57,724 bases of DNA from an uncultured Bacilli bacterium (lineage in GTDB: Bacteria; Bacillota_I; Bacilli_A; RF39; UBA660), in the NCBI GenBank assembly GCA_947628095.1, contig CANQYO010000001.1, forward strand, positions 1-57,724. The letters are read 5' to 3'. A program made the translations under genes and the position numbers. This document shows, piece by piece, positions 35,988-48,483 of the stretch (position 1 is its first letter; each line of letters begins with the position of its first letter). The notes beneath the pieces were generated by a model, which saw only the letters and a program-made list of their open reading frames with translations, had not been told where the DNA came from and ran no database searches.

Positions 35988-36812
35988 TTAGAATATTTTT
36001 TTAATAAATTCGATTATTTTTAAAATAAAATCTTTGATAAAAGTAAAAATCTCCATTAATGACTTTTTCTTTGGTTTATTTTCTTCAGCGTTATCTTCAA
36101 CTGGTTTTAAGTTTGAAGGTTGATTAGTATCTTTTATTTCTTCTTTTTTATAGTAAGTTCCAAATTCTTGATTTGCACTAATCCAATAATTGTCTTGAAC
36201 TTTAATCCATACTGCATTATCTACTGTCGTTTCTTCTAAAATATTATAAATACCTTTATTTATATACCCTAAAATTTTTCCATTTGGAGTTTCACGAACT
36301 CTTAAATTAGAAATTTTAACTTCAAATTGATTTTTTTCTTCATCTCTTAAAACAGGTGTTCCTAAATATTTAAGAGGTTCCGGGTATTCATATGTTTCAA
36401 AATCTTCCCAAGCACGATTATTCCAACTTTTACTATATTCATTAGTTTTAAACCAACCAAAATGTAAATGAATACCAGTAGCAGAACCAGTTTGGCCAGT
36501 TTTTCCAATAACCGTTTTATTGGTTACCTCCTCCCCTTTTTTAACATTAATACTTGCTAAATGTTCATATAACCCAGTTTGATTAAGTCTTGGAAAATTT
36601 ATATAGACAAAATTACCACTTACGTTATTATAACCTGTTTCTAAAACTTTACCATTTTCAAGTGGGTAAACTTCTAAATTTTTATTATTTGTTCCATAAT
36701 CAACTCCAGCATGTAAGGCTCTTTTTTTAGTAATTGGGTTAATACGATAACCAAAAGAACTTGTTATGTAAGGGTCATAATTTTTAAATAAACGAAAACC
36801 ATTTTTACTCAT
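35988..36812 (-). CDS. M23-family peptidoglycan metalloendopeptidase with C-terminal SH3-like domain
   Basis: 274 aa; HAGVDYG and GIHLHFG zinc motifs; VRETPNGKILGYINKG SH3b-like segment. Confidence 0.8.
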   Translation of the reverse strand: MSKNGFRLFKNYDPYITSSFGYRINPITKKRALHAGVDYGTNNKNLEVYPLENGKVLETGYNNVSGNFVYINFPRLNQTGLYEHLASINVKKGEEVTNKTVIGKTGQTGSATGIHLHFGWFKTNEYSKSWNNRAWEDFETYEYPEPLKYLGTPVLRDEEKNQFEVKISNLRVRETPNGKILGYINKGIYNILEETTVDNAVWIKVQDNYWISANQEFGTYYKKEEIKDTNQPSNLKPVEDNAEENKPKKKSLMEIFTFIKDFILKIIEFIKKIF

Positions 36813-36886
36813 TTTCTACCTCCTTTATGTATTATATTTATAAAAAAAAGAGATAGATAATAAAATAATCTATCATTAAGTGATTT

Positions 36887-37195
36887 TTATTCAACTACAT
36901 TTCCTAATTTTCTAAATAGAAATTTAATAAAATTATCAATTAGATTAGAAGCTTTATTCGAAAATTTTAAAGACATTCGACTAGTTTTATTACTATAATT
37001 AACTTCTTCAGTTGTATAATCTTCAAGTGATATATCTTTTCCATTTTTAATATCATTTTCAAATTCTTCAATTTTTTGATTAGTAATAATCACCTTTTCA
37101 CTTTTTAATTTTTGATAATATCCACTTGTATAAGATATATATAGGCCAAGAAAAGAAATAATTAAGATTCCTATTAAAATTCTAAATATTTTCAT
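36887..37195 (-). CDS. Hypothetical small membrane-anchored protein
   Basis: 102 aa; N-terminal TM (IFRILIGILIISFLGLYISY). Confidence 0.4.
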   Translation of the reverse strand: MKIFRILIGILIISFLGLYISYTSGYYQKLKSEKVIITNQKIEEFENDIKNGKDISLEDYTTEEVNYSNKTSRMSLKFSNKASNLIDNFIKFLFRKLGNVVE

Positions 37196-37244
37196 TTAAT
37201 CACCGCTTTAATTATATAAAATAATTTTTTTAATATTTGTCGTA

Positions 37245-38132
37245 TTATGAATTTTTACTTATATAATCATATAGGCAGTTAGCTATTACTTTTAAAGTAT
37301 TATTTACTTCTTCAATAGTATTTTCAACTCCACCTATTTCAATTAAAAAAACATTTTCTGAAAAATCTTGATTATAAACTCCATTTACTCCCTTTCCTTG
37401 TTTTTCATATATTCCCCTACTTAACCCTTGATAGTTTTTATTTAAAAAGTCATTTAAAATCATTATTTTTTCTTTATTTATTTGATAATTTTTATTTTCT
37501 AGTCCGAGTAAAAACATAACTTTAGCATAACTTTCCCCATCAATTTCAACAGTTGTTGCACTTCGTTTAACACTATCACGATGTAAATCAATAAAATACA
37601 TCAAAGATGGGTTTTCAATTTTTTTATTTTCAAGTAATCTTCTACTTATTTTATAACTATCTTTATATTCTAAATTTTCTTCATTCAAAATATTTACAAC
37701 ATTATTTTCTTCAACAATACTATTAATACCATATTTTTTAAGTTCAGATTCAAGTATATAACTTGCTGTTTTAACTCCTGGTGTTATATTATAAACATCA
37801 TTTTTTTTATAACTATATTCTTCATTTGAATGTGTATTGTAAATATAGACAATAGGTTCATTTGTATTATAGGCAATATTAATAACTTCACTACTTTCTT
37901 TTTTAGAACTTTCTTTAAAATATTTTTTATTGACTTCTCTTTTTAAGTATATATCAACAATATCAATTTTAAAATTAACTGTATTTTTACGAGTAAATCT
38001 TGTTTCTAAAATTTTTATTACATTTGTAGGTAAATCTTTTAATGTTAAACTAGAACTTAAATATAAAGAAATTATCATTAAACTTAGTACCAAACTAGTA
38101 TAAATAAACTTTAAAATTTTCAAAAATATCAC
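37245..38132 (-). CDS. spoIIP: Stage II sporulation protein P-like amidase
   Basis: 295 aa; N-terminal TM; VYIYNTHSNEEY and FIDLHRDS motifs characteristic of SpoIIP. Confidence 0.7.
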   Translation of the reverse strand: MIFLKILKFIYTSLVLSLMIISLYLSSSLTLKDLPTNVIKILETRFTRKNTVNFKIDIVDIYLKREVNKKYFKESSKKESSEVINIAYNTNEPIVYIYNTHSNEEYSYKKNDVYNITPGVKTASYILESELKKYGINSIVEENNVVNILNEENLEYKDSYKISRRLLENKKIENPSLMYFIDLHRDSVKRSATTVEIDGESYAKVMFLLGLENKNYQINKEKIMILNDFLNKNYQGLSRGIYEKQGKGVNGVYNQDFSENVFLIEIGGVENTIEEVNNTLKVIANCLYDYISKNS

Positions 38133-38183
38133 CAGTAAAGTATATGTTTTTAAACTTAAGATATGAAAAAAGAATTAGATAAA

Positions 38184-40718
38184 CTAATTCTTTTGAGTTA
38201 ATTTCTTTAGAAGATTTTTTTCTTCTTCTAATTTCATTTTTTCACCTTCAACTAATTCTTTAGGTGCTTTTGTTAAATAACCTTGATTACTCAATAATTT
38301 TTCACGTCTTTGAATACTATTTTGTAAATTAGTTATTTGATTTTCTAAAAGTTTTCTATCTTCTTCAGTCATTTCTTTTTGATAATAAATATCTAAACTA
38401 TAATTATTGTCAGTAACTTGATATTTAGTTATATCTAAAGTATCATTTACAATATGCTCATTAAGTTTTAGCATTTTTACTATTAAATCTGGAATATCTG
38501 AATTAAATTTAACTTTAAATTCTTTTCCTATATTATTTTCTTGTTTAATGTTTCTAAATAATTTTATAAAATCAACAACATGATTTATTTCTTCTTCAGC
38601 ACTTTTGAAATTAAGTTTAGAATTATAAGTTGGGTAAGCGCTTATCATAATATTTTCACTATCTCTAAATGGTAATTTAGAATAAATTTCATCTGTAACA
38701 TAAGGCATAAATGGATGTAACATTTTTAAAATATTTAAAAGAACATAATACAAAGTTGATTTCGTTTTCTTATCATCTAAACTAAACTTAGCAAATTCAA
38801 TATAAGTATCACAAAAATCATTCCAAATAAAATTATATAAATTACTTGCAACATTATTAAATTCATATTTATCCATATATTTAATAACTGTACGTATAAC
38901 TTTATTTAATTTAGAAATAATCCATTTATCTTCTTTTTTTAAATTAGTTAAATCATAATCACTTTCTTTAAAGTCTTCCATATTTAAAAGACAAAAACGA
39001 GATGCATTCCAAAGTTTGTTAATAAAATTCCAAGTCGCTTTAACTTTAGTTGTATCATATCGTAAATCAGTTCCAATACTTGTAGATGTTACTAAAGTAT
39101 AACGAAGAGCATCAGCTCCATAATCATGAATTACATCCATAGGGTCAATACCATTACCAAGTGATTTACTCATTTTACGACCTTCTTTATCACGAATTAA
39201 ACCATGAATTATACACTCTTTAAATGGTCTTTCATGCATAAATTCTAAACCTTGAAAAGTCATACGATTAACCCAGAAAGGAATAATATCATAAGCTGTA
39301 ACTAAACAATTATTTGGGTAATATCTTGTAAGTAAGTCTGTATTATCAGGAAAACCTAAAGTTGAAAAAGGCCATAAAGCACTGGAAAACCAAGTATCAA
39401 GAACATCTTCATCTTGAACCCAACCTTCACCTTCAGGAGCATTTATACCAACGTATACTTCATCTCCCCGATACCAAGCTGGAATTCTATGTCCCCACCA
39501 AAGTTGACGTGATATACACCAATCATAAGTTATTTCCATCCAGTGATTCATGATTTTTTCATAACGGCGAGGAACAAAATTAACTTTAGTATCTTTATTT
39601 TTTTGATTTTTTAAAACATTATCGGCTAAAGGACGCATTTTTACAAACCATTGACGTGATAAATAAGGTTCAACCATAACATCAGTTCGTTCACTATGTC
39701 CAACAGAATGCGTTATTTTTTCTATATTTATTAATAAATCTTTTTCTTTTAATTCCTTAACTAATTCCTTACGACATTCAAATCTGTCCATTCCATTATA
39801 ATGTAAAGCTTTCTCATTCATTGTACCATCGGGATTAATAACAACAACTCTCTCTAAATTATGACGATTACCAACTTCAAAATCGTTAGGGTCATGAGCT
39901 GGAGTAATTTTAACAACTCCAGTTCCAAATTCTGGGTCAGCATGAATATCAGCAATAACTGGAATTTTTTTCCCAACGATTGGTAAAATTACATTTTGCC
40001 CAATATACTTTTGATAACGCTCATCTTTAGGGTTAACAGCAACTGCTGTATCTCCAAATAAAGTTTCAGGACGCGTAGTTGCAACTTCTAAATAATCTTT
40101 ACTATTTTCTAAATAATATTTAATATGATAAAAAGCCCCTTTAACTTCTTTATAAATAACTTCCTCATTTGATAAGGCTGTCATTGCTTCTGGGTCCCAA
40201 TTAATAATTTTCTCACCACGATATATTAAACCTTTATTATATAAAGTTACAAAAACATGTCTAACCGCTTTACTTAACCCATCATCTAGAGTAAATCTTT
40301 CTTTATCATAATCAAGTGATAAACCAAGTTTTGCCCATTGCTTATGAATATTAAGTGCATATTCTTTTTTCCATTTCCAAGCAACTTTAAGCCATTCTTC
40401 TCTTTCCATAGAACGAGGGTTAATTCCTTCACTTTTTAATTTTTTATCAATCTTAGCTTGGGTTGCAATTCCAGCATGGTCCATTCCTGGTAACCATAAA
40501 GCATCATAACCTTGCATTCTTTTATAACGAATTATAGCATCTTGAATTCCTGTATCCCAAGCATGACCTAAATGAAGTTTTCCAGTTACATTTGGTGGAG
40601 GTATAACAATACAAAATGGCTCTTTCGTTAAATCACCACTTTTAAAATACCCATTTTTTAACCATTTTTCATATTTTCCTTCTTCAACTTCTAAATGATT
40701 ATATTTTGTTCCTAACAT
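38184..40718 (-). CDS. valS: Valine--tRNA ligase
   Basis: 844 aa; HLGH ([15 protein letters not shown]) and KMSKS motifs; C-terminal coiled coil. Confidence 0.95.
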   Translation of the reverse strand: MLGTKYNHLEVEEGKYEKWLKNGYFKSGDLTKEPFCIVIPPPNVTGKLHLGHAWDTGIQDAIIRYKRMQGYDALWLPGMDHAGIATQAKIDKKLKSEGINPRSMEREEWLKVAWKWKKEYALNIHKQWAKLGLSLDYDKERFTLDDGLSKAVRHVFVTLYNKGLIYRGEKIINWDPEAMTALSNEEVIYKEVKGAFYHIKYYLENSKDYLEVATTRPETLFGDTAVAVNPKDERYQKYIGQNVILPIVGKKIPVIADIHADPEFGTGVVKITPAHDPNDFEVGNRHNLERVVVINPDGTMNEKALHYNGMDRFECRKELVKELKEKDLLINIEKITHSVGHSERTDVMVEPYLSRQWFVKMRPLADNVLKNQKNKDTKVNFVPRRYEKIMNHWMEITYDWCISRQLWWGHRIPAWYRGDEVYVGINAPEGEGWVQDEDVLDTWFSSALWPFSTLGFPDNTDLLTRYYPNNCLVTAYDIIPFWVNRMTFQGLEFMHERPFKECIIHGLIRDKEGRKMSKSLGNGIDPMDVIHDYGADALRYTLVTSTSIGTDLRYDTTKVKATWNFINKLWNASRFCLLNMEDFKESDYDLTNLKKEDKWIISKLNKVIRTVIKYMDKYEFNNVASNLYNFIWNDFCDTYIEFAKFSLDDKKTKSTLYYVLLNILKMLHPFMPYVTDEIYSKLPFRDSENIMISAYPTYNSKLNFKSAEEEINHVVDFIKLFRNIKQENNIGKEFKVKFNSDIPDLIVKMLKLNEHIVNDTLDITKYQVTDNNYSLDIYYQKEMTEEDRKLLENQITNLQNSIQRREKLLSNQGYLTKAPKELVEGEKMKLEEEKNLLKKLTQKN

Positions 40719-40876
40719 AATTCCTCCTTTTTAATAAAGTTGTGTTAAACATAATTACTGATAAAGAAATATTAGACATAAATTTGCTATTATATGAAAT
40801 CTCAATTGTGTTTAATTTTGTTTAAATAACCTGTTTTTATCATCTATCAGTCATAAAGTAAAACAGAACCTTTAAT

Positions 40877-41092
40877 AAAAAAACACGATTTTTTTCAAAG
40901 GACGAAAAAAACCGTGGTACCACCTTAATTTGTAATAAATATTACCTTAAAATCTTAATGCGATTAACATTATATCTTACTTAAGTTCAGATACAAGCCT
41001 CCAAAGCTACCTTCTATTATCTAATTATTAGTTTGCACCAACCACTAACTCTCTTTAAATATTGATAATATACTCCTCTTTTTCATAGGTTT
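40877..41092 (-). promoter_or_regulatory. T-box riboswitch leader of valS
   Basis: On the - strand: AGAGAG stem-I element, then AAUUAAGGUGGUACCACGG with antiterminator AAGG / bulge UGGUACC / ACG-loop-CGU / CCUU. An overlapping terminator CACGGUUUUUUUC...GAAAAAAAUCGUG is followed by a U-run. A GUA triplet in GAAGGUAGC is a possible Val specifier. Confidence 0.85.
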
Positions 41093-41098
41093 GTCTAT

Positions 41099-41127
41099 AT
41101 AGTAACATAATTTAAATTAATTTGCAA
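41099..41127 (-). promoter_or_regulatory. valS promoter candidate
   Basis: On the - strand: TTGCAA (41122-41127), 17-nt spacer, TACTAT (41099-41104). Confidence 0.5.
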
Positions 41128-41135
41128 ATATTTCC

Positions 41136-41885
41136 TTAATGTTTAAAACCAGGATAAACTCGCATATGTATATTTTTTGAATTAGATATTTCTTTTTTTA
41201 TAACTTTTTCATGTTTTTCTTCGGACTTAGAAGACTTAGTATATTCATACCCCATACATTGTTCAAGTTCTTTTTCTAAATTAAAATAATCAATTTTATT
41301 TTTAATAAAATGTGAACCTGCAATTAAAACATTTCCTCCTAAAAGAAAACAGAAAAGAACTATTACATAATATGTATCATTCTTAGGACCATCATAATTA
41401 ACTAAAAAATATGGTTCAACATATAACTCTTCTTCATTAATATTCTCTTTTTCTTCATAACTAATTGTAAGTATATCTTCATGATTTTCTAATAAATTAA
41501 TTTCTTTTGTTCTTAAAAACTCTGCGATTTCTTCTTCCGTTAAACTTGAAAAGTCATAATTGTAAACTTTTCTTTGATATTTATTATCACCAATCTTTTC
41601 CCATCTTCCATAGTATACAACATCTTCCCCTTTAGAAGATGTTGAATTACTATCTTCCTTAGTTTCAATAATTGCATTTGTATTATTATAAACTTCAAGA
41701 CCTTTAGGAGTAGAACTTGAATTTTTATTATTTCCAGATTTTACATATAACATTGTTGTTAAAGTTATTAAAGAAAATGCAGCTAACTTTTTGATAGTTT
41801 TAAAATTTATTCTTAAATTACTAATTAATGGTTCTGTACTTGAATTTAAAGGTTCTTCTTCCCCTTTTTTTTCTTCTTTTGACAT
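41136..41885 (-). CDS. Hypothetical two-TM membrane protein
   Basis: The ORF track starts at 41939. The ATG at 41885 (MSKEEKKGEE) looks more likely. TMs at LAAFSLITLTTMLYV and YVIVLFCFLLGGNVLIAG. Confidence 0.45.
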   Translation of the reverse strand: MSKEEKKGEEEPLNSSTEPLISNLRINFKTIKKLAAFSLITLTTMLYVKSGNNKNSSSTPKGLEVYNNTNAIIETKEDSNSTSSKGEDVVYYGRWEKIGDNKYQRKVYNYDFSSLTEEEIAEFLRTKEINLLENHEDILTISYEEKENINEEELYVEPYFLVNYDGPKNDTYYVIVLFCFLLGGNVLIAGSHFIKNKIDYFNLEKELEQCMGYEYTKSSKSEEKHEKVIKKEISNSKNIHMRVYPGFKH

Positions 41886-41989
41886 TTTTATTTCCCCTTT
41901 GACGGACGTTATTATATAACTGAAAGAAAAAAAATGCAACTATTTTTGCAATTTTTTTCTTTCAATTTTTTTCTTTCAATTTTTTAAAT

Positions 41990-42571
41990 TTAATCAATTA
42001 TTTCTCCATCTTCTGAAAATTTAACATTTAAGTATTTACGACTAGCTAAATAATCACACATATGAACAAATAATTCAGTTTCAGTTTGAGGTTTTCTTAA
42101 AACTTCATTGCCAAAATAATCAGTTGTCCAAGGTCCCATATGAGTTTCAATTACACTACATAGCAAATCTTTTTCTTCCTTAGTTAAATCTAATTTATCT
42201 TGATTATCAATTATATAGTTCTTAATTAAAAGTGGATGGTCAAATTGCGTATAACGATTATGAGTTAAACCACTTTTAAGTCCATCATGTAAGATAATAG
42301 CCATTAGCATAATATCTTTTTCTGTATCAGTAAACTTAGCACCTAAACTAGGGTTATTAAGTAAATCATAAGCAATTCTTGTGGCTACTTTAACATGACG
42401 AACTAACCCACCATCTCCTAAAGTAAATTCTGGGTGATATTTTCCGGTTGATGAAGCAGGAATTACAAAGAAATAATCTGGCAACAAATTAATCATTGTA
42501 TCACAACTTTTACGAATTTTTAAATTTTTAATATAACCTAATTCTTTTTTAAAATAACTACTTTTTTCCAT
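41990..42571 (-). CDS. HD-domain phosphohydrolase
   Basis: 193 aa; H...HD pattern (KYHPEF, RHVK, AIILHDGLK). Confidence 0.7.
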   Translation of the reverse strand: MEKSSYFKKELGYIKNLKIRKSCDTMINLLPDYFFVIPASSTGKYHPEFTLGDGGLVRHVKVATRIAYDLLNNPSLGAKFTDTEKDIMLMAIILHDGLKSGLTHNRYTQFDHPLLIKNYIIDNQDKLDLTKEEKDLLCSVIETHMGPWTTDYFGNEVLRKPQTETELFVHMCDYLASRKYLNVKFSEDGEIID

Positions 42572-42572
42572 A

Positions 42573-43664
42573 CTACTCTCCTACAAAATTAACTAAAATA
42601 TTATTTGATACATATATTTTATCATAACTTATTCGTAAATTTCCATCTTGAATTATTAAATTTTTATTTTTAATTAATTCTTTTATATTATAAAGTTCTA
42701 ATAAATTAACATTATATTTTTTATTAAACTCTTGAATATTTATACCTTCAATTTTTCGAAAACCTAAAATTAAAGCATACGATATTTTATCTTTTTTACT
42801 TAATGTTTCAGTTTCTTTTATATAATTTCCATTTATATATTTATTTAAATTACTTGTATTAGTAAAACGTTTATTTCCAACATAACTTGCAGCACTTAAC
42901 CCAAAACCATAATATTCCATATTATTCCAATAAACTAAATTATGACGTGATTCATAACTTGACTTAGCAAAATTACTAATTTCATAATGCTTAAAACCTT
43001 TACTAATTAATTTTTTTCTAATTAAATCATACATTAAATAATCTAAATCACTATCAATTTCCAAAGTTTTATCTATATATAACTTGGTATGTTCTTCAAT
43101 CATTAAAGAATACGTTGAAATATGAGGTACATCTAAACTTAAAAGTAAATCTAATTCTTTATCTAAATCTTTTAGAGTTTCATTTTTTAAAGCATATATA
43201 AAGTCAACATTAATATTTAAAATACCTATATCTTTAATTTCTTGTATTCTTTCTTTAACTAAATTAAAATTATGTTCTCTCCCAAGATATTTTAAAAACT
43301 TACTATTTACTCTTTCAACGCCCATACTTATTCTATTTACTTTATGTTGTTTTAAAAATTTAATTTTTTCATAATCTAAACATTCAGGATTGACTTCAAA
43401 TGTAAATTCATAATCATTACTTAATTTAAAAATAGCAATTATCTTAAATAATTCTTCTAATTCAGTTATTGTTAAAACATTAGGAGTTCCACCACCTACA
43501 TAAATTGTTTTTATCTCTTCACCTTTATATCTTTTTAAAACTTCTTCTTTTAAGGAAATTAAATACTTTTTTACCATATCTTGATTATAATAAAATTTCG
43601 TAAAACTACAATAAGTACATATATTATGACAAAAAGGAATATGAATATAAACTGAACTAATCAT
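42573..43664 (-). CDS. hemW: Radical SAM heme chaperone HemW (HemN-like)
   Basis: 363 aa; [16 protein letters not shown] CxxxCxxC motif; conserved position downstream of lepA. Confidence 0.88.
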   Translation of the reverse strand: MISSVYIHIPFCHNICTYCSFTKFYYNQDMVKKYLISLKEEVLKRYKGEEIKTIYVGGGTPNVLTITELEELFKIIAIFKLSNDYEFTFEVNPECLDYEKIKFLKQHKVNRISMGVERVNSKFLKYLGREHNFNLVKERIQEIKDIGILNINVDFIYALKNETLKDLDKELDLLLSLDVPHISTYSLMIEEHTKLYIDKTLEIDSDLDYLMYDLIRKKLISKGFKHYEISNFAKSSYESRHNLVYWNNMEYYGFGLSAASYVGNKRFTNTSNLNKYINGNYIKETETLSKKDKISYALILGFRKIEGINIQEFNKKYNVNLLELYNIKELIKNKNLIIQDGNLRISYDKIYVSNNILVNFVGE

Positions 43665-45462
43665 TTATTTCCTCATTTGAAAGAACTGCTAAAAAGGCAT
43701 CTTGTGGTATTTCAACACTTCCAATTTGTTTCATACGTTTTTTACCTTCTTTTTGCTTTTCCAAAAGTTTTTTCTTACGACTTACATCTCCACCATAACA
43801 TTTAGCTAAAACATCTTTTCGTAAAGCTTTTATATCACTTCTAGCTATTACTTTAGCTCCAATGGCTGCTTGAATTGGAATTGAAAATAATTGTCTTGGA
43901 ATAATTTCTTTTAAATTATTTACAACTACACGTCCACGATTATAAGCAAAATCTTTATGAATAATGGTTGATAAAGCATCAACTATTTCTCCATTAACCA
44001 AAATATCCATTTTAACTAAATTACTAGGACGATAGCCAATTATTTCATAATCAAATGAAGCATAACCTTTAGATATACTTTTAAGTTTATCAAAAAAATC
44101 ATAAACAATTTCTGATAAAGGAAGTTCATAATGTAATATTGCCCGTTCTGGCGTTAAATACTCAATATTTTTATATATTCCTCGTTTATTTTGACAAAGT
44201 TCCATCAAAGACCCAATATATTCACTCGGTGTAAAGACATTTGTTAAAATATATGGTTCACTTATTGATTTTATTTTACCAGGTTCTGGTAATTTTTGAG
44301 GTGAATCTACTTTTATAATTTCTCCATTAGTAAGTAAAACTTCATAAACAACTGAAGGACTTGTTGCAATTAAATTTAAATTAAATTCTCTTTCTAATCT
44401 TTCTTCAATAACATCCATATGCAAAAGGCCTAAAAAGCCACAACGAAAACCAAACCCAAGTGCTTCACTTGTTTCAGGTTCAAAAGTTAAACTTGCATCA
44501 TTTAATTTTAATTTCATTAAAGCTTCACGTAATTCATTATATTTATTTGTTTCAGTTGGATAAAGTCCTGTAAAAACTACTTGTTGTATTTTTTTATAAC
44601 CTGGTAAAGCTTCACTACATTTATTGTTTTCTAAAGTAATTGTATCACCAACATTTACATCTGCTAAGGTCTTAATTGAAGCAACTATATAACCAACCTC
44701 TCCACTTGATAATTCAGATACTTTAGTAAAATTAGGGTTGTAGACAAATAACTCAGTAACTTCATAAACCCCACCAGTTTGCATAAATTCAATTTTATCA
44801 TGTACTTTTAAAGTTCCATCAAAAATACGCCCTAAAGTTAAAACTCCACGATAACTATCATATAAACTATCAAATATTAAAGCTTTTAATGGTTTATTGC
44901 TATTTCCTTTAGGACTTGGTACTCTTTCTATTACCGCTTCAACTAATTCTTTAATTCCTTCACCAGTTTTAGCACTAGTTAAAATAATTTCTTCGTCTTT
45001 AAAACCAAAAGTATCGATTAATTCTTGTTTTACTTTTTTAATATCAGCACTTGGAAGGTCGATTTTATTAATAATTGGAATAATAGTTAAGTTATTGTCC
45101 ATCGCTAAATACATATTAGCTATAGTTTGAGCTTCAATTCCTTGAGTTGCATCAACTACTAAAATAGCTCCATCACTGGCTGCTAAACTACGACTTACTT
45201 CATATGAAAAGTCAACATGACCAGGGGTATCAATTAAATTTAACATATATTCTTCATTTTTATATTGATACTTAAGTCTTACTGTATTAAGTTTTATAGT
45301 AATTCCTCTTTCTCGCTCAATATCCATATTATCTAACATTTGTTCTTTTATTTCTCTTTTACTAACAGCTTTAGTTACTTCAAGTATTCTATCAGCTATT
45401 GTCGATTTTCCATGGTCTATATGAGCAATTATAGAGAAATTTCTAATATTTTCTTGTTTCAT
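43657..45462 (-). CDS. lepA: Elongation factor 4
   Basis: 601 aa; [26 protein letters not shown] GTPase motifs and LepA C-terminal domain. Confidence 0.95.
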   Translation of the reverse strand: MKQENIRNFSIIAHIDHGKSTIADRILEVTKAVSKREIKEQMLDNMDIERERGITIKLNTVRLKYQYKNEEYMLNLIDTPGHVDFSYEVSRSLAASDGAILVVDATQGIEAQTIANMYLAMDNNLTIIPIINKIDLPSADIKKVKQELIDTFGFKDEEIILTSAKTGEGIKELVEAVIERVPSPKGNSNKPLKALIFDSLYDSYRGVLTLGRIFDGTLKVHDKIEFMQTGGVYEVTELFVYNPNFTKVSELSSGEVGYIVASIKTLADVNVGDTITLENNKCSEALPGYKKIQQVVFTGLYPTETNKYNELREALMKLKLNDASLTFEPETSEALGFGFRCGFLGLLHMDVIEERLEREFNLNLIATSPSVVYEVLLTNGEIIKVDSPQKLPEPGKIKSISEPYILTNVFTPSEYIGSLMELCQNKRGIYKNIEYLTPERAILHYELPLSEIVYDFFDKLKSISKGYASFDYEIIGYRPSNLVKMDILVNGEIVDALSTIIHKDFAYNRGRVVVNNLKEIIPRQLFSIPIQAAIGAKVIARSDIKALRKDVLAKCYGGDVSRKKKLLEKQKEGKKRMKQIGSVEIPQDAFLAVLSNEEIND

Positions 45463-45529
45463 AAAATCAACTCACTTATGAATATTTTAACATAATCTTA
45501 TAAATAGTTAAAGAATAAAAAAGCCGAAA

Positions 45530-46417
45530 TTATTCTTTTCGTACTTTTATTATATCACCATCTGTTATATGACCAATTAATAAACTACTATTTATATCAT
45601 GCTCTTTTATGTTTTTTAAAACTTTACTTTCGTCATAATTAGCATAGCAATACTTACATAAATGATTACAAGTATTATAGGCTCCAATATCTACCATACT
45701 TACACAATTACACTTTGACCCCTTCCTAGCTTTCCAATTTTTATATTTTTTACCAGTCATATTGTAAGCTTTTTTCTTAGAAAAACACTCACCTATAATA
45801 AAGCCATATTCACTTAAATTTCTATCTTCAAAACAAGTTTGAACAGTCATACCATGACTTTTAGCAATAGTACTAAAATTTATTCCAATTTCTTTATAAT
45901 CATTAGCAGTAAATTGACGATAATTTAAAATATTTTTATTTTTTCTTACATTTTTATAATCGTCAAGAAAAGAAATTATAATTTTTTTTACATAACCATC
46001 TAACAAAGTACACATTTTAGCAAAAGCTTTTTTATGATATTCTATATTATATTTAGGACTTATAAAAACTGGGTCATATCTAACATATAAATTTTCTATT
46101 CCAACTAAATCTTTTAATTTTTTAATAGCTTCAATTATTTCTCTTTTATCTATAACATTTGGTTCAATATCTTTATTATATGGAGTTAACGTTACATGAA
46201 ATAAAATTGGTTTAGTAATTTCAGGTAAATATTTTAAAATTGGAATGGGGTTCTTGGTACAAAACATAATAGCATCAACATCTTCAAAGTAAATTCGACT
46301 AACAAGTTTTTGATTAAAAGGATTTCTAACATCAACAAAACCTTCTTTGTACCTATTCATAAACCACGTTGTATAAAAAGCTACAATATCACATCTACCA
46401 CTTACATTTAAAATCAT
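45530..46417 (-). CDS. DUF1848-like protein with C-terminal Cys cluster
   Basis: 295 aa; N-terminus ILNVSGRCDIVAFYTTWFMNRYKEGFVDVRNPFN resembles the DUF1848 family; CNHLCKYCYAN cluster near the C-terminus. Confidence 0.5.
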   Translation of the reverse strand: MILNVSGRCDIVAFYTTWFMNRYKEGFVDVRNPFNQKLVSRIYFEDVDAIMFCTKNPIPILKYLPEITKPILFHVTLTPYNKDIEPNVIDKREIIEAIKKLKDLVGIENLYVRYDPVFISPKYNIEYHKKAFAKMCTLLDGYVKKIIISFLDDYKNVRKNKNILNYRQFTANDYKEIGINFSTIAKSHGMTVQTCFEDRNLSEYGFIIGECFSKKKAYNMTGKKYKNWKARKGSKCNCVSMVDIGAYNTCNHLCKYCYANYDESKVLKNIKEHDINSSLLIGHITDGDIIKVRKE

Positions 46418-46477
46418 ATTATCAACTCCGTTTTTATAATTAAATTATAACATATAAAAACTAAGAATTTTAAATAT

Positions 46478-48451
46478 CTATTTTTTTCTATTTTTTATAT
46501 AATCTAAAATCATATTAGCCGTTTCTGATTTACCAATTTTAGAATTTATACAAAGGTCATAGTTAACTGGGTTTCCCCAAGTATTTCCTGAAATAAGTTC
46601 ATAGTAACTAGCTCGATTTTTATCAGATTTTAAAACATTTTTAATAGCTTTAGCTTTAGTATCTTTATACATTTCCATTACTTTTTTAACACGATATTCA
46701 AAAGGTGCATAGATAAATATTTTTACAACATTTTTATTATCTCTTAATACATAATCAGCAGCTCTTCCTACTAAAACACAAGACCCCTTAGAAGCAATCA
46801 TTTTAATTACTTTTTCTTGAGCTAGAATAGCATATTTTACAGGTTCAGAAGTTAAATATAAATCATGTAAAACATCTTTACTTTCATTTATATTAGATAC
46901 AAATTCTTTATCTAACCCACTTTCCTTAGCAGCTAAAGCGGTCATTTCTTTATAATAATAAGGAATATTCAAACTTTTTGCTACCAATTCTCCAATGGCT
47001 TTTCCTTGACTTCCATGACTTCTTGAAATAGTAATAATCACTCCCTCTTTAGAATTTTGATAATTGATATCCTTATTATCTAATATCTTAGTATCTATTC
47101 CTTTAAAGAAATTTCTAACTAATATAATTGTTACAATTATACCTAAAAAATCTGCAATAGGAGCTGCTAATAAAACTCCTTTAATTCCTAAATAAGTTGG
47201 TAATATTATAACAAGTGGTATAAAGAAAATAATATCTCTTGTTAAAGAAACAATAGCTGATTTTAAAGGTTCTCCAACTGCTTGAAAGAAAATAGAAGTT
47301 AATTTTATTAAACAGGTTAAAACTACAAGCATTAAAAATAATCTAAAAGTTAATGTTGCAAATTCCATATAAAGTTCATTATTATTTCCAAAGATACTAA
47401 TGATTAAACTTGGACAACATTCGAATAAAATAGTTGATATTATACCTACTATAATTGAAATACCAAGTACTTTTTTAAATGTTTCTTTTACTCTATCAAT
47501 ATTTTTAGCTCCAAAATTATAACCTAAAATAGGTTGAGCTCCTAAAATAACTCCTACAATAATATTAATAACAATTGAAAATACTTTCATGGCAATACCA
47601 ATTACAGCAATTGGAATATCAGCTCCATATTTACTTAAAGCCCCATATTTTGCTAACATAATATTACATACTAAAGAAATAATAACTATACTCATTTGAG
47701 TAATAAAAGTTGATATTCCTAATTTAACAATATTTTTAAAAATTTTGAAATTGATTTTAAAACTATTTATTGTTAATTTGAATGTTTTAGTTTTAGTATA
47801 ATAAATAACTGATATTATAAATGAAGCAATTTGTCCAATAACTGTTGCTATTGCTGCTCCCTTAATACCCATATTTAAAGGAAAAATAAAAATTGGGTCT
47901 AAAATAATATTAATAATTGCTCCAACTAAAGTTGCAAGCATTGAAAAACCTGGTGAACCATCAGCTCTTATAACTGCGTTCATACTATTAGCAAGCATAT
48001 AAATTGGTATTCCTAATAAAATAATTGTAAAATAATCTCTAGCTAAATTAATACTTTTAGAACTAGCTCCAAATAAAAATAATAAATTGTCTTTAAAAAT
48101 AAAACCTAAAATTAAGAAAATAATACTAATAATAAAAGTTACTAAAATACTATTTCCTATTCCTTGATGACTATTTTCTGTATCACCTCGTCCTTGACAA
48201 AGTGATAAATAAGCTGCCGCTCCATCACCAAAACACCATGCAAATGCAACTGCTATAATGGTAATTGGATAAACAACTCCGGTTGCAGCATTACCTAAAT
48301 AACCTAATGTACTATTACCTATAAATATTTGGTCTACTATATTATATAATGAACTAATAAGTAAAGATAAAATACAAGGTATAGAAAATTTTAATAATAA
48401 TTTATTAATTTTCTCTTCTCCTAAAAATTTGTTGTTTTCTTGTTTTTCCAT
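46478..48451 (-). CDS. MATE-family efflux transporter fused to a cytidylate-kinase-like (P-loop) C-terminal domain
   Basis: 657 aa. The first ~450 aa have 12 TM with MATE-type spacing. From residue ~470 a soluble domain begins GVIITISRSHGSQGKAIGELVAKSLNIPYY, the pattern of the cytidylate kinase-like family. Confidence 0.65.
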   Translation of the reverse strand: MEKQENNKFLGEEKINKLLLKFSIPCILSLLISSLYNIVDQIFIGNSTLGYLGNAATGVVYPITIIAVAFAWCFGDGAAAYLSLCQGRGDTENSHQGIGNSILVTFIISIIFLILGFIFKDNLLFLFGASSKSINLARDYFTIILLGIPIYMLANSMNAVIRADGSPGFSMLATLVGAIINIILDPIFIFPLNMGIKGAAIATVIGQIASFIISVIYYTKTKTFKLTINSFKINFKIFKNIVKLGISTFITQMSIVIISLVCNIMLAKYGALSKYGADIPIAVIGIAMKVFSIVINIIVGVILGAQPILGYNFGAKNIDRVKETFKKVLGISIIVGIISTILFECCPSLIISIFGNNNELYMEFATLTFRLFLMLVVLTCLIKLTSIFFQAVGEPLKSAIVSLTRDIIFFIPLVIILPTYLGIKGVLLAAPIADFLGIIVTIILVRNFFKGIDTKILDNKDINYQNSKEGVIITISRSHGSQGKAIGELVAKSLNIPYYYKEMTALAAKESGLDKEFVSNINESKDVLHDLYLTSEPVKYAILAQEKVIKMIASKGSCVLVGRAADYVLRDNKNVVKIFIYAPFEYRVKKVMEMYKDTKAKAIKNVLKSDKNRASYYELISGNTWGNPVNYDLCINSKIGKSETANMILDYIKNRKK

Positions 48452-48483
48452 AAATTCTTCCTCCTCTATCTCTCCTTTTAAGG

